Source: an uncultured Alphaproteobacteria bacterium | GTDB lineage: Bacteria > Pseudomonadota > Alphaproteobacteria > HIMB59 > GCA-002718135 | Assembly (NCBI GenBank): GCA_902515745.1 | Contig: CABXWB010000006.1 | Span: forward strand, 23,117-87,116 | Direction: 5' to 3' | DNA: 64,000 bases | Shown: one piece after another, positions 36,987 to 47,135 of the stretch | How the letters are laid out: every line of letters begins with the position of its first letter | Position numbering within the stretch: position 1 is the first letter of the stretch | Program-made: the position numbers and the translations under genes | The notes under the pieces: model-generated | What the model was told of the DNA's origin: nothing | Seen by the model: only the letters and a program-made list of their open reading frames with translations | The model's database searches: none

Positions 36987-38309
36987 ATGTTTACTACAAA
37001 AAAAAGGACTTTTAATCAACATGATAATGAAAAAGAGAGTTTTTATAAATTTTCAGCACCTAATTTTCCTAATCAAATTAAATTAAATGATAATATTTCA
37101 ACTGATGTATGTATTATTGGAGGTGGTTTAACAGGTATTTCTTCAGCATTAAATTTATCTAATCAAGGTTTATCAATAACGATTTTGGAAGCAAATAAAG
37201 TTGGATCTGGTGCTTCTGGTAGGAATGGCGGTCAACTAGGAATTGGAATGAGAAAAGATCAATTCTATTTAGAAAAAAAATTTGGTATTGAAAAAGCAAA
37301 ATTTTTTTGGAAAGTTGGATTAGATGCTGTTTCAAATGTAGTTAATTTAATTAAAAAATACAAAATTGACTGTGCACTTAGACAAGGTGTTCTTCATGTA
37401 GGCAACACAAAAAAAGATTATAAATATTTTCAAGATGAAATTGAGCATATGCAGAAAAATTATAATTATAGTAATTATGAATACTTTGATCATAATTCAA
37501 TAAGAGATGAAGTTAATAGTGACAGATATTTTTCTGGAATGCTTTTAAAGGATTCTTATCATTTAAACCCATTAAAACTGACATATGGTTTAGCAGAACA
37601 GTGTTTAGCAAATGGTATAAATATATATGAAAATTCTTCGGCTGATAAAATTGTTGATAATCAAAAAGAAGTTATAATTCACTCTGGAAAAAATATTATT
37701 AAAGCAAAGAAAGTAATAATTGGTTGCAATGGTTATCTTGACAATCTTTTAGGATCAAAGAGAAATTATTTTATGCCTATAAATAATTATATTATTGCCA
37801 CAGAACCTCTCGGAAAAGATCTCGCAAGTAAATTAATCAAAAGAAATTGTGGCGTAATAGATTCTAGATTTATGATTGATTATTATAGATTTTCAGAAGA
37901 CTATAGACTTCTTTTTGGTGGACCTGAAACAATTACATCGCATTTTGTAAAAGATGCAAAGAGTTTTGTCTCTAAACGAATGTATAAAGTTTTTCCTGAA
38001 TTAAAAAAATTTAAAATTGAATTTTCTTGGGGAGGTACCTTGGCAATATCGATTAATAGATTGCCTATTTTTGGAACTATAATGAATCAAAAGTTATATT
38101 ATGCTCATGCTTACTCTGGGCATGGGTTAGCTATGAGTATTATGGGAGGAAAAATGGTAGCTGAAAAAATTTTAAATAAATCAAATAATTTTGATATGTT
38201 TGAGCAAATTAATCATTTTAAAATTCCAGGTGGCAACATGTTTAGAAGACCATTGTATTCCTCTGCTATTATTTATTATAGGTTAATGGATTATTTAAAT
38301 AGATTATAA
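36987..38309 (+). CDS. puuB: Gamma-glutamylputrescine oxidase-like FAD oxidoreductase
   Basis: IGGGLTG, GASGRNGGQ, DYYR, WGGTLAI and YSGHG motifs. Confidence 0.8.
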   Translation: MFTTKKRTFNQHDNEKESFYKFSAPNFPNQIKLNDNISTDVCIIGGGLTGISSALNLSNQGLSITILEANKVGSGASGRNGGQLGIGMRKDQFYLEKKFGIEKAKFFWKVGLDAVSNVVNLIKKYKIDCALRQGVLHVGNTKKDYKYFQDEIEHMQKNYNYSNYEYFDHNSIRDEVNSDRYFSGMLLKDSYHLNPLKLTYGLAEQCLANGINIYENSSADKIVDNQKEVIIHSGKNIIKAKKVIIGCNGYLDNLLGSKRNYFMPINNYIIATEPLGKDLASKLIKRNCGVIDSRFMIDYYRFSEDYRLLFGGPETITSHFVKDAKSFVSKRMYKVFPELKKFKIEFSWGGTLAISINRLPIFGTIMNQKLYYAHAYSGHGLAMSIMGGKMVAEKILNKSNNFDMFEQINHFKIPGGNMFRRPLYSSAIIYYRLMDYLNRL

Positions 38310-39227
38310 TTACTTAATTGCTCTTCTTAATCTGTCATTTATAGTTCTGCCAAGCCCTTTATCAGGTATTTCTACTACAGCAATTTTTTTGCATCTACTT
38401 TGATCTAATTTATGAAGATAATGATAAAAATTTTTTGCTGCTTCATTTAAATTTTTTTTATTACTCAAATTTAAATTAATTATTTTAGACTTTAATTTAT
38501 TATTTCCAAAATTTAATAAACCTTCATTTTTAAGTATTCTTTTAGCATTCATTCTTATTGGCTTTAAAGTTGAATAATGTTTTTTTAAATTGCCAGGAGA
38601 AATAGAGGAGTTTTTTTTAATTTTTACTTTTCCATATTTATTTAGTTCTTCAACAGTGATACTGCCATATCTTAATACTTCAATTTTATTATTGGTATCT
38701 ATTCTAACAACTGTGGATTCTAGTCCATGAGAAGACTGTCTATCTTTTAAAACAAAAATTTTTTTTTCTAGAATAGGGTCGATATCCATAATATTGGTTA
38801 CGGAAGTTCTTTCTGACAGATTAGCACTAGGAGCTGCAATAGGTAGGTCAAATAAAGTTATTAATTTTTTAGCTAATTTATTACCGGGAATTCTACAGCC
38901 AACTAAAGTTGAGTTATTAGAGACTAATTTTGATATTTTAGAATTTTTCTTTTTCTTTAATATTATTGTCAAAGGACCAGGCCAAAATTTTGAACCTAAT
39001 TTTTTTTCAAATTTATTTAAAATAAAATATTTTTCTATTTGTTCAATACTTTTAAAGTGACAGATAATTGGATTACTTCGTGGTCTTTTTTTTACTTTAA
39101 AAATAGATTTTACAGCCTCATCATTTGTTGCATCTGCTCCAAGACCAAATACTGTTTCTGTGGGAAATATTACAAGTTCTCCACTGCTTAATAAATTTTT
39201 TGCAATATCTAACTTATTTTTTTTCAT
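38310..39227 (-). CDS. tsaC: L-threonylcarbamoyladenylate synthase (Sua5 type)
   Basis: FPTETVFGLGA, K.RP..NP, WPGPLT, APSAN, ESTV and INDRL.RA motifs. Confidence 0.92.
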   Translation of the reverse strand: MKKNKLDIAKNLLSSGELVIFPTETVFGLGADATNDEAVKSIFKVKKRPRSNPIICHFKSIEQIEKYFILNKFEKKLGSKFWPGPLTIILKKKKNSKISKLVSNNSTLVGCRIPGNKLAKKLITLFDLPIAAPSANLSERTSVTNIMDIDPILEKKIFVLKDRQSSHGLESTVVRIDTNNKIEVLRYGSITVEELNKYGKVKIKKNSSISPGNLKKHYSTLKPIRMNAKRILKNEGLLNFGNNKLKSKIINLNLSNKKNLNEAAKNFYHYLHKLDQSRCKKIAVVEIPDKGLGRTINDRLRRAIK

Positions 39228-39284
39228 ATTTTTTTATAAAATGTTTCCATCTATCTTTAAAATAGTTATTATCAATACTTGTAT

Positions 39285-39917
39285 ATGGGAAAAGTTATAG
39301 CATTTTCGAATCAAAAAGGTGGTTCAGGTAAATCGACTCTTTCAGCAAATTTATCAGTTTTGTGGAGCAATAGTGGTTACAAAGTAGCTGTTATAGATGC
39401 TGATGCACAAAAGAGTCTATCATATTGGCTTGAAGCTAGAAAATCTTATTATGGTGAAGATGATATTGGAATAACTCAATTAAATTTCGATATAAGGAAT
39501 TTAATAGATGAAATTAAAGCAATAAAAAGAAAATACGATTTTATAATAATTGATAGCCCTCCATCTATAACTTTTGAAACAATGCAGGTTGTAAAAGCTT
39601 CTGACAGGGTATTTGTTCCAGTACAACCAAGTCCAGTAGATTTAATGGCTACACTGCCTTTTTTAAAAATTGCAAAACAAGAAAGAAAAAATCCAATAAT
39701 TATTCTTAATAGAGTGATGCCGAGAGCAAAATTAACTGACGCAATGATTTTGCGCTTAAGATATGCTGGTGCTAAAATTGCTCGCTCCCGACTGTCTAGC
39801 AAAGTATTATTTGCAGAAACATTCTCAGTTGGAAGGGGTGTAGTTGATATAAGTGTTACATCAGACGCCTCAAAAGAAATAATTAATGTTGGAAACGAAA
39901 TTTTAAGAAATTTCTAA
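39285..39917 (+). CDS. ParA-family ATPase (short type)
   Basis: NQKGGSGKST, DAD.Q, IIDSPP and PVQPSPVD motifs. Confidence 0.88.
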   Translation: MGKVIAFSNQKGGSGKSTLSANLSVLWSNSGYKVAVIDADAQKSLSYWLEARKSYYGEDDIGITQLNFDIRNLIDEIKAIKRKYDFIIIDSPPSITFETMQVVKASDRVFVPVQPSPVDLMATLPFLKIAKQERKNPIIILNRVMPRAKLTDAMILRLRYAGAKIARSRLSSKVLFAETFSVGRGVVDISVTSDASKEIINVGNEILRNF

Positions 39918-39922
39918 CTTTA

Positions 39923-41221
39923 ATGTCTGATATTACAACTGTTATACTTGCTGCAGGCAATAGTACAAGATTTAAAGCAAGTAAATCAAAGCTTGTTTAT
40001 CCATTATGTGGGTTACCAATTATTTCACATATTTTTAATATTGCAAAAAAAATATCAGGTAAAAATATATTAATTGTATCTAATGAAAAAAATAAAGAAG
40101 AAATAAAGTTAATATTAAATACCTCTAAGTTAGCTGTGCAAAAAAAACAAAAAGGAACTGCTGATGCAATTGAACAAGTTAAAAAATATGTAAAATCGAA
40201 AAATATTTTGATTTTATTTGGTGATACACCCTTAGTTGAAGTTAAAGATATAAGAAAACTAATAAGTAAATTTAAAAAAAGTAAAGCGAAAGCTTCATTA
40301 ATTGCATTTAATACTTCAGAACCACATGGTTATGGTAGGTTGTTATTAAATAATAACTATGTTGAAGAAATAATTGAGCAAATCAATTTAAAAACTGAAC
40401 AAAAAAAAATCAATTTATGTAATTCTGGTATTTTGATAGCAAATACTAAATTATTATTTGATAATTTAAAAAATATTAAAGAAAATAAAATTAAAAAAGA
40501 AAGATATCTTCCTGATATATGCAAAATTTTTTCAAAAAAAAATATTCCTATCAATTATATTGAGTGCAATAAAGAAACAATGTTGGGCATAAATACATTG
40601 GATGATTTTAATATTGTACAAAATATCTTGCAAAAAAAATACGTTAAATATTTTATAAAAAATGGAGTCAATTTTTTAAAACCTAATACTTGTTATTTAA
40701 GCTATGACACCAAAATTGAACCTACTGTTACAATTGAAAGCAATGTTACAATCAAGGAAAAAACAATTATTAAAAAAGGTTCAATAGTTAAAAGTAATTC
40801 ATACTTAGAAGAAGTTACAATAGATGAAAATTCACATATTGGTCCAAGTGCAAGATTAAGACCAAAAACAAAAATTGGAAAAAAATCAAAGATTGGTAAC
40901 TTTGTTGAAATTAAAAATTCTAAAATTGGAAATAATGTTTCTATTGCTCATCTTTCATATGTTGGAGATTCAGAAATAGGAAACAATGTGAATATAGGTG
41001 CCGGCACAATAACTTGTAACTATGATGGAAAGAAAAAATATAAAACGATAATAAAAGATAATGTATTTATAGGTTCAAACACATCACTTATTGCTCCTGT
41101 TGTAATTGAGTCTAAATCTAGAATTGGTGCAGGTAGTGTTATCACTAAAAATATTCCCAAAAATTCACTTGCTATTGAAAGATCAGCCTTAAAAATTCTA
41201 AGAAATAAAAGGTCTAAATAA
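39923..41221 (+). CDS. glmU: Bifunctional UDP-GlcNAc pyrophosphorylase / glucosamine-1-P acetyltransferase
   Basis: LAAG..TR, GT, GYGR, GNFVEIK and GAGTITCNYDG motifs. Confidence 0.93.
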   Translation: MSDITTVILAAGNSTRFKASKSKLVYPLCGLPIISHIFNIAKKISGKNILIVSNEKNKEEIKLILNTSKLAVQKKQKGTADAIEQVKKYVKSKNILILFGDTPLVEVKDIRKLISKFKKSKAKASLIAFNTSEPHGYGRLLLNNNYVEEIIEQINLKTEQKKINLCNSGILIANTKLLFDNLKNIKENKIKKERYLPDICKIFSKKNIPINYIECNKETMLGINTLDDFNIVQNILQKKYVKYFIKNGVNFLKPNTCYLSYDTKIEPTVTIESNVTIKEKTIIKKGSIVKSNSYLEEVTIDENSHIGPSARLRPKTKIGKKSKIGNFVEIKNSKIGNNVSIAHLSYVGDSEIGNNVNIGAGTITCNYDGKKKYKTIIKDNVFIGSNTSLIAPVVIESKSRIGAGSVITKNIPKNSLAIERSALKILRNKRSK

Positions 41222-41268
41222 TAACCCTTGTTTCAAGATATATTAGGGTTTATGAGCCTTTTCAAATT

Positions 41269-42642
41269 ATGAGCGATAAATGGTCACCCAATAGTTGGAG
41301 AAATAAAGATGCTCTTCATATGCCAAATTATCAGAATGAAGATCATCTAAATAAAACTCTAAATGAAATTTCCAAATATCCACCTTTAGTTTTTGCTGGA
41401 GAAGCGAGACTATTAAAAATGAAACTTGGAGAAGTTGCAAACGGAAATGCTTTTTTATTACAAGGTGGAGATTGTGCAGAAAGTTTTGCAGATTTTCATC
41501 CTGATAATATTAGAGATACATTTAAAGTTATTTTACAAATGGCTGTTGTTTTGACATTTGGTGCTTCTTGCCCAATTGTTAAAGTGGGGAGAATTGCTGG
41601 ACAATTTGCAAAGCCAAGATCATCTGCCACAGAAGTTATTAATGATTTAGAACTTGAGTCTTATAAAGGCGATATAATTAACGGGATAGATTTCAATCAA
41701 AAAGACAGAGATCCTAATCCAGATAGATTAATTCAGGCCTACAATCAGTCTGCATCAACACTTAATCTTTTAAGAGCTTTTTCTCAAGGCGGTTTTGCTA
41801 ATTTAAATAAAATACATCAATGGAACTTAAATTTTGTTAAAGGTGAGAATGCTGCTAAATTTAGACAGATATCTTCTAGAATTGACGAGTGTTTATCTTT
41901 TATGGAGGCATGTGGAATAAATGGAAGCAGTGTAAGACAATTAAATGAAACAGACTTTTTTACAAGTCATGAAGCTTTACTTCTTCAATATGAGGAAGCA
42001 TTAACAAGAATAGATAGCACTTCAGGTAAATGGTACGATGTTTCAGCTCACATGTTATGGGTAGGTGACAGAACACGACAACTAGATGGAGCACATATTG
42101 AATTTTTAAGAGGTATTGAAAACCCTATAGGTATTAAAGTTGGTCCAAGCACAAAGATAGAAGAACTATTAAAGATATTAGATGTGTTGAATCCAAATAA
42201 TGAAGCAGGCAAAATAACGCTGATATGTAGAATGGGTCATGAAAAAGTTAGCGGAATACTTCCAAAAATAATTAGGGAGGTTAATTCAGCTGGTAAAAAT
42301 GTTGTTTGGACTTGTGACCCCATGCATGGAAATACTATAAAATCTAACACGGGTTTTAAAACTAGGCCATTAAAAGATATAATTTCTGAAATTCAGCAAT
42401 TTTTTCAAATTCACAGAAGTGAAGGAACATATCCTGGCGGCGTCCATTTAGAAATGACTGGTCAAGATGTTACAGAATGTATGGGAGGTCTTCAAGAAAT
42501 AACTGATGAAGATCTAAAAAATAGATATCATACATATTGTGATCCGAGACTAAATGCCTCGCAGTCTCTAGAATTGGCTTTTTTATTATCAGATTTTTTA
42601 AAAGAAGAAAAAATGCTTTCAAAGCAATCTTCAAATTTATAA
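41269..42642 (+). CDS. Class II DAHP synthase
   Basis: LLQGGDCAESF, GRIAGQFAKPRS, DPMHGNT and CDPRLN motifs. Confidence 0.95.
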   Translation: MSDKWSPNSWRNKDALHMPNYQNEDHLNKTLNEISKYPPLVFAGEARLLKMKLGEVANGNAFLLQGGDCAESFADFHPDNIRDTFKVILQMAVVLTFGASCPIVKVGRIAGQFAKPRSSATEVINDLELESYKGDIINGIDFNQKDRDPNPDRLIQAYNQSASTLNLLRAFSQGGFANLNKIHQWNLNFVKGENAAKFRQISSRIDECLSFMEACGINGSSVRQLNETDFFTSHEALLLQYEEALTRIDSTSGKWYDVSAHMLWVGDRTRQLDGAHIEFLRGIENPIGIKVGPSTKIEELLKILDVLNPNNEAGKITLICRMGHEKVSGILPKIIREVNSAGKNVVWTCDPMHGNTIKSNTGFKTRPLKDIISEIQQFFQIHRSEGTYPGGVHLEMTGQDVTECMGGLQEITDEDLKNRYHTYCDPRLNASQSLELAFLLSDFLKEEKMLSKQSSNL

Positions 42643-42663
42643 ATTTATATTTATATAATACTT

Positions 42664-43404
42664 ATGAATTCAAAAGATAAAATAGTATACATTTCTAACT
42701 GGATTATAGATTACGCTAAATCTATAAATAATAATCAAACTACCCTAGTAATAGGAGTGTCAGGAGGAGTTGACTCAGCTCTTACTAGCACCTTATGTGC
42801 TCAAACTGGTTTAAAAACTATAGCTGTTTCAATGCCTATTAAGCAAAATTCATCACAACATGATTTAAGTTTAAGACATCTAAAATTTTTAGAGCAAAAT
42901 TACCCAAATGTAGAAACAAAAATAATCGAGTTAGATAATGTTTTTAAAACATTTCAAAATACGATGCAAAATTTTGATAGTGAGTTAGCTTTTGCAAATT
43001 CAAGATCTAGACTAAGAATGGTAACTCTATACCAAATAGCTCAAAGTAATAATGGTATAGTTGTTGGTACTGGAAATAAAGTTGAAGATTTTGGTGTTGG
43101 ATTTTATACAAAATATGGTGATGGAGGTGTAGATATATCGCCAATAGCAGATTGCACTAAAACTGAGGTGTGGGAATTAGCCGAAGAAATTGGGGTTATA
43201 AAAGATATTATTAGCGCAGCACCGACAGATGGTTTATGGGATGATAGTAGAAATGATGAAAGCCAGCTTGGTCTTTCATATAAGCAATTAGAAGAAGCAA
43301 TGGAAAATAAGTCTAGTGAATACTACAGTAGATACGAAGAAATTAGAAAGCCAAATCTTCATAAGATGAAGCCCATTCCCGTTTGCGAAATTCCTAAAGA
43401 ATAA
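42664..43404 (+). CDS. nadE: NH3-dependent NAD+ synthetase
   Basis: GVSGGVDS, RLRM, TKYGDG and APTDGL motifs; no glutaminase domain. Confidence 0.95.
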   Translation: MNSKDKIVYISNWIIDYAKSINNNQTTLVIGVSGGVDSALTSTLCAQTGLKTIAVSMPIKQNSSQHDLSLRHLKFLEQNYPNVETKIIELDNVFKTFQNTMQNFDSELAFANSRSRLRMVTLYQIAQSNNGIVVGTGNKVEDFGVGFYTKYGDGGVDISPIADCTKTEVWELAEEIGVIKDIISAAPTDGLWDDSRNDESQLGLSYKQLEEAMENKSSEYYSRYEEIRKPNLHKMKPIPVCEIPKE

Positions 43405-43405
43405 C

Positions 43406-44740
43406 ATGAAGTGTAGGTTCGCTCCTAGCCCTACAGGAAAAATACATATCGGTAATGCTAGATCAGCAATTTTGAATTGGATTTTTTGTCAAAAAAATCA
43501 AGGTGAGTTTGTATTAAGAATTGATGATACTGATGCCAATAGGAGTTCTAAAGAATTTGAGACAAGTATCAAAGATGATCTTAAATGGCTTGGATTAAAT
43601 TGGAGTTACACTTTTAATCAGTCCTCTAGACAACATATCTACAATGAGAAAATCCAAATTCTAAAACAAAAGAAAAGACTTTATCCATGTTTTGAAACAG
43701 AAGAGGAATTAGCTTTAAAGAAAAAATCTTTGTTATCATCTGGAAAACCACCTATTTATGATAGATCATCATTAAATCTAAGTGATGAAGAAGTAGAAAA
43801 AAAAATAGAATCTGGAATCCAACCCCATTGGAGATTCAAATTAGATCATGAAAATATTGGTTGGAAAGATATTATTAAAGGAGATGTTTCATTTGATGCA
43901 AAAAATTTGAGTGATCCTGTTTTAATTAGAGCTGATGGAACATTGTTATACCATTTACCTTCAGTCATTGATGATATTGAAGAAAAAATTACGCATATTA
44001 TTAGAGGAGAAGATCACATAGCTAATACTGCTTATCATATTCAAATTTTTAAGGCTCTTGAATCTTATATTCCATCATTTGCTCATCATCCATTCTTAGT
44101 TGATGAAACTGGCAAAGGTTTTAGCAAAAGACTTGGAAGTCTTTCAATTGAAAATTTTAGAGACGAAGGATACGAAAATATATCTTTACTTAATTATTTT
44201 CTTTTTATTGGTTCGAGCATTAATATTGATCCAATCAAAGATTTAAATGAAATAGTAAAAAAATTTGATATTCAAAGCTTATCTAGATCTTCTGCTAAAT
44301 TTTCAATTGAATCCCTAAGAAACCTTAATGAAAATACCATTAAATTATTTAGTTATAATGAGATTAGTCATAAGTTAAAAAATATAAAATCTAATTTTCA
44401 AAAAGAAAGTTTTTGGCGTTTTATTAAAAATAATATTTCATTTGTTAATCAGGCTAAAGAATGGGAAGAAGTAATTACAAAAATAAATAATGCCAAAGAT
44501 TTAAATATTGATGATAATTTTATTAATACGGCAGTTGATGAATTACCCGAAGATCCTTTTGATGAAACAACATGGGACCATTGGACATCAAAAATTAACA
44601 AAAAAACTGGGCTTAAAGGAAAAGATTTATTTATGCCTTTGAGGTTGATTTTGACAGGAAAATCTCATGGACCCGAATTAAAATATCTACTACCATTATT
44701 TGATAGAGACGAAATCTTGCAAAAACTTGGAAAAATCTAG
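43406..44740 (+). CDS. gltX: Glutamate--tRNA ligase
   Basis: RFAPSPTG.IHIGN, RIDDTD, RGEDH and FSKR motifs. Confidence 0.95.
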   Translation: MKCRFAPSPTGKIHIGNARSAILNWIFCQKNQGEFVLRIDDTDANRSSKEFETSIKDDLKWLGLNWSYTFNQSSRQHIYNEKIQILKQKKRLYPCFETEEELALKKKSLLSSGKPPIYDRSSLNLSDEEVEKKIESGIQPHWRFKLDHENIGWKDIIKGDVSFDAKNLSDPVLIRADGTLLYHLPSVIDDIEEKITHIIRGEDHIANTAYHIQIFKALESYIPSFAHHPFLVDETGKGFSKRLGSLSIENFRDEGYENISLLNYFLFIGSSINIDPIKDLNEIVKKFDIQSLSRSSAKFSIESLRNLNENTIKLFSYNEISHKLKNIKSNFQKESFWRFIKNNISFVNQAKEWEEVITKINNAKDLNIDDNFINTAVDELPEDPFDETTWDHWTSKINKKTGLKGKDLFMPLRLILTGKSHGPELKYLLPLFDRDEILQKLGKI

Positions 44741-44778
44741 TAAATTTTATTTTATACTCTATTAGCGATCTAGTAATT

Positions 44779-46365
44779 ATGGAAGATAAAGTATATTTAT
44801 TCGATACCACACTTAGAGATGGTCAGCAAACAACAGGAGTTAATTTTTCTGTTAGTGATAAAATGAATATATCCCAACATCTTGATGATTTAGGGATAGA
44901 TTACATTGAAGGTGGATGGCCGGGAGCAAATCCTACCGATAATGATTTTTTTTCAAGAAATACAAAATTTGCAAAAAGTAAATTGACTGCCTTTGGTATG
45001 ACAAGAAGACCAGGTAGAAGTGCAGATAACGATCCAGGATTAAATGCACTTATTAATTCAAGTGTAAGTTGTGTTTGTATTGTAGGTAAATCATCATTAT
45101 TTCACGTAAAAAATGCTTTAGAAATATCTGAAGATGAAAATTTAAAAATGATCAGTGATAGTATTCAAACAATAAAAAATAAAAACAAAGAGCCAATTTT
45201 TGATGCAGAACATTTTTTTGATGGCTTTAAAGAAAATAAAGAGTTTGCATTGAATTGTATTAAAGCAGCGTATAAGGCTGGTGCAAGATGGGTAGTTCTT
45301 TGTGATACAAATGGGGGAACTCTTCCAGATGAAATTTACAATATTGTTTCAGAAGTAGTAAAGGATATACCAGGTCAAAATGTTGGTATACATGCTCACA
45401 ATGATACTGATAATGCAGTTGCAAATGCATTAGCAGCTATTAATGCTGGAGCAAGACAGATACAGGGAACTATTAATGGTTTAGGAGAAAGATGTGGAAA
45501 TACAAATTTAATTTCCTTAATTCCATCTTTGGTTTTAAAAACAAAATATAAAACAAATATTTCAAAAGATAAATTAAAAAATTTAATTCATATTTCTAGA
45601 ACATTAAATGATATTCTTAACATGCCTTCAAGAAAAAATGCTCCTTATGTTGGAGATCATGCTTTCTCTCATAAAGGTGGACTGCATGCATCTGCAATAG
45701 AAAAAAATTCTTCAACTTATGAACATATTGAGCCAGAAATAGTTGGTAATTCTAGAAACGTAGTAATTTCAAATCAGGCAGGAAGATCTAATATATTAAA
45801 TCAATTAAATAAAATTAATATTGATCTACCTAAAAATGAAATCAACAATATCTTAGAGATTATCAAGGAAAAAGAATCAGAAGGATATTCATTTGATACT
45901 GCTTTAGCTAGTTTTGAACTATTAGTTAGACGTCACCTTGGTCATTTTGAGGATTTTTATAACTTAGAAAAATTTAGAGTCACAGATGAAAGAAGATGGA
46001 ATGCTAAAGGTGAAATTGTTACTGAAGCAGAGGCTACAGTATTTTTAAAAGTTAAAGATTCAAATATGATGACAGTAGGTACTGGAAATGGTCCAGTAAA
46101 TGCAATTGATAGTGCATTAAGAAAAGCCCTAATTGATTATTATCCTGATCTCAAAGATTTAAAGTTAACTGATTACAAAGTTATGATTCTATCATCAGAA
46201 AAAGGTACTGGTGCTATCACAAGAGTTTTAATTGAATCATCTGATTCCACAAATACACATTGGACAACTATTGGTGTATCTCCAAATATTATCGATGCAT
46301 CTTATAGTGCTATTTTTGATAGTATTACTTTTAAGTTATTTAATGATTTAAAGAATAAAAATTGA
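44779..46365 (+). CDS. cimA: Citramalate synthase
   Basis: DTTLRDG, IEGGWPGANP, DAEHFFDG, HKGGLHAS and GNGPVNA motifs. Confidence 0.9.
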   Translation: MEDKVYLFDTTLRDGQQTTGVNFSVSDKMNISQHLDDLGIDYIEGGWPGANPTDNDFFSRNTKFAKSKLTAFGMTRRPGRSADNDPGLNALINSSVSCVCIVGKSSLFHVKNALEISEDENLKMISDSIQTIKNKNKEPIFDAEHFFDGFKENKEFALNCIKAAYKAGARWVVLCDTNGGTLPDEIYNIVSEVVKDIPGQNVGIHAHNDTDNAVANALAAINAGARQIQGTINGLGERCGNTNLISLIPSLVLKTKYKTNISKDKLKNLIHISRTLNDILNMPSRKNAPYVGDHAFSHKGGLHASAIEKNSSTYEHIEPEIVGNSRNVVISNQAGRSNILNQLNKINIDLPKNEINNILEIIKEKESEGYSFDTALASFELLVRRHLGHFEDFYNLEKFRVTDERRWNAKGEIVTEAEATVFLKVKDSNMMTVGTGNGPVNAIDSALRKALIDYYPDLKDLKLTDYKVMILSSEKGTGAITRVLIESSDSTNTHWTTIGVSPNIIDASYSAIFDSITFKLFNDLKNKN

Positions 46366-47072
46366 CTCCAAAAAATCCAAGCATAATTTTAGTTAGACCT
46401 CAACTTCCTGAAAATATTGGAATGGTTGCTCGTGTAATGCACAACTTTGGTCTAAAAGATCTAATTGTTGTTTCCCCAAGAGATAATTGGTTAAATAATA
46501 AATCAATAAATGCTGCAAAAAAAGCAACTAAAATTATTAAGAATATTAAAGTTTATAATGATTTAGAAATTGCGCTTTCTAACTTTTCTTATGTTGTTGC
46601 CACTACGAATAGAAGAAGATATTTGGAAAAAAATTCTACTAATGATTTTAAATTTATTAAACAAAAAATTATTGATAATAAAAAAACAGCAATACTTTTT
46701 GGTCCTGAAAATTCAGGACTTTCGAATGAGGATTTGAGATTATCTAATATTATCTTCACTATTGAAACAAGTAGTAAAAGTAATTCTTTAAATCTTTCTC
46801 ATGCAGTTACTATTTTAAGTCATAAATTATTTGAATTGAATAAAGTTAAAATTTTTAATTCAATTTCAATTGAAAAAGATAATATTAGTAAATATCAATT
46901 ATCTAAATTTTTAAATTATTTGATTGACAAACTTGAAAATAAAAAATTTTTTAATCCAAGTGAAAAAAAAGAAAGTATGAAAAATAATATTTATAGTATT
47001 TTCACAAAAATCCCTCTCACAAAGAAAGAATTACAGACTTTATGGGGAATTACTAAAAAACTAAACAAATAA
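46362..47072 (+). CDS. trmJ: SPOUT RNA methyltransferase, TrmJ/LasT family
   Basis: PQLPENIG..AR.M.NFG, LFGPE.SGL and SLNLSHAV motifs. Confidence 0.85.
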   Translation: MTPKNPSIILVRPQLPENIGMVARVMHNFGLKDLIVVSPRDNWLNNKSINAAKKATKIIKNIKVYNDLEIALSNFSYVVATTNRRRYLEKNSTNDFKFIKQKIIDNKKTAILFGPENSGLSNEDLRLSNIIFTIETSSKSNSLNLSHAVTILSHKLFELNKVKIFNSISIEKDNISKYQLSKFLNYLIDKLENKKFFNPSEKKESMKNNIYSIFTKIPLTKKELQTLWGITKKLNK

Positions 47073-47095
47073 GCCAAAAATTGAGTATATTAAAT

Positions 47096-47124
47096 TTGAC
47101 ATAGTACTTTAAATCACTATATAG
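47096..47124 (+). promoter_or_regulatory. Putative sigma70 promoter of rpsD
   Basis: TTGACA followed after about 16 nt by CTATATAG; ATG at 47136. Confidence 0.5.
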
Positions 47125-47135
47125 CCCTCATAATA

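Noticed and set aside
42664-46365. nadE-gltX-cimA run without cysS, with a short ammonia-type NadE
   Set aside because: Ordinary gene-order and enzyme-type variation; no remnant or scar is visible in the 38-nt gltX-cimA gap
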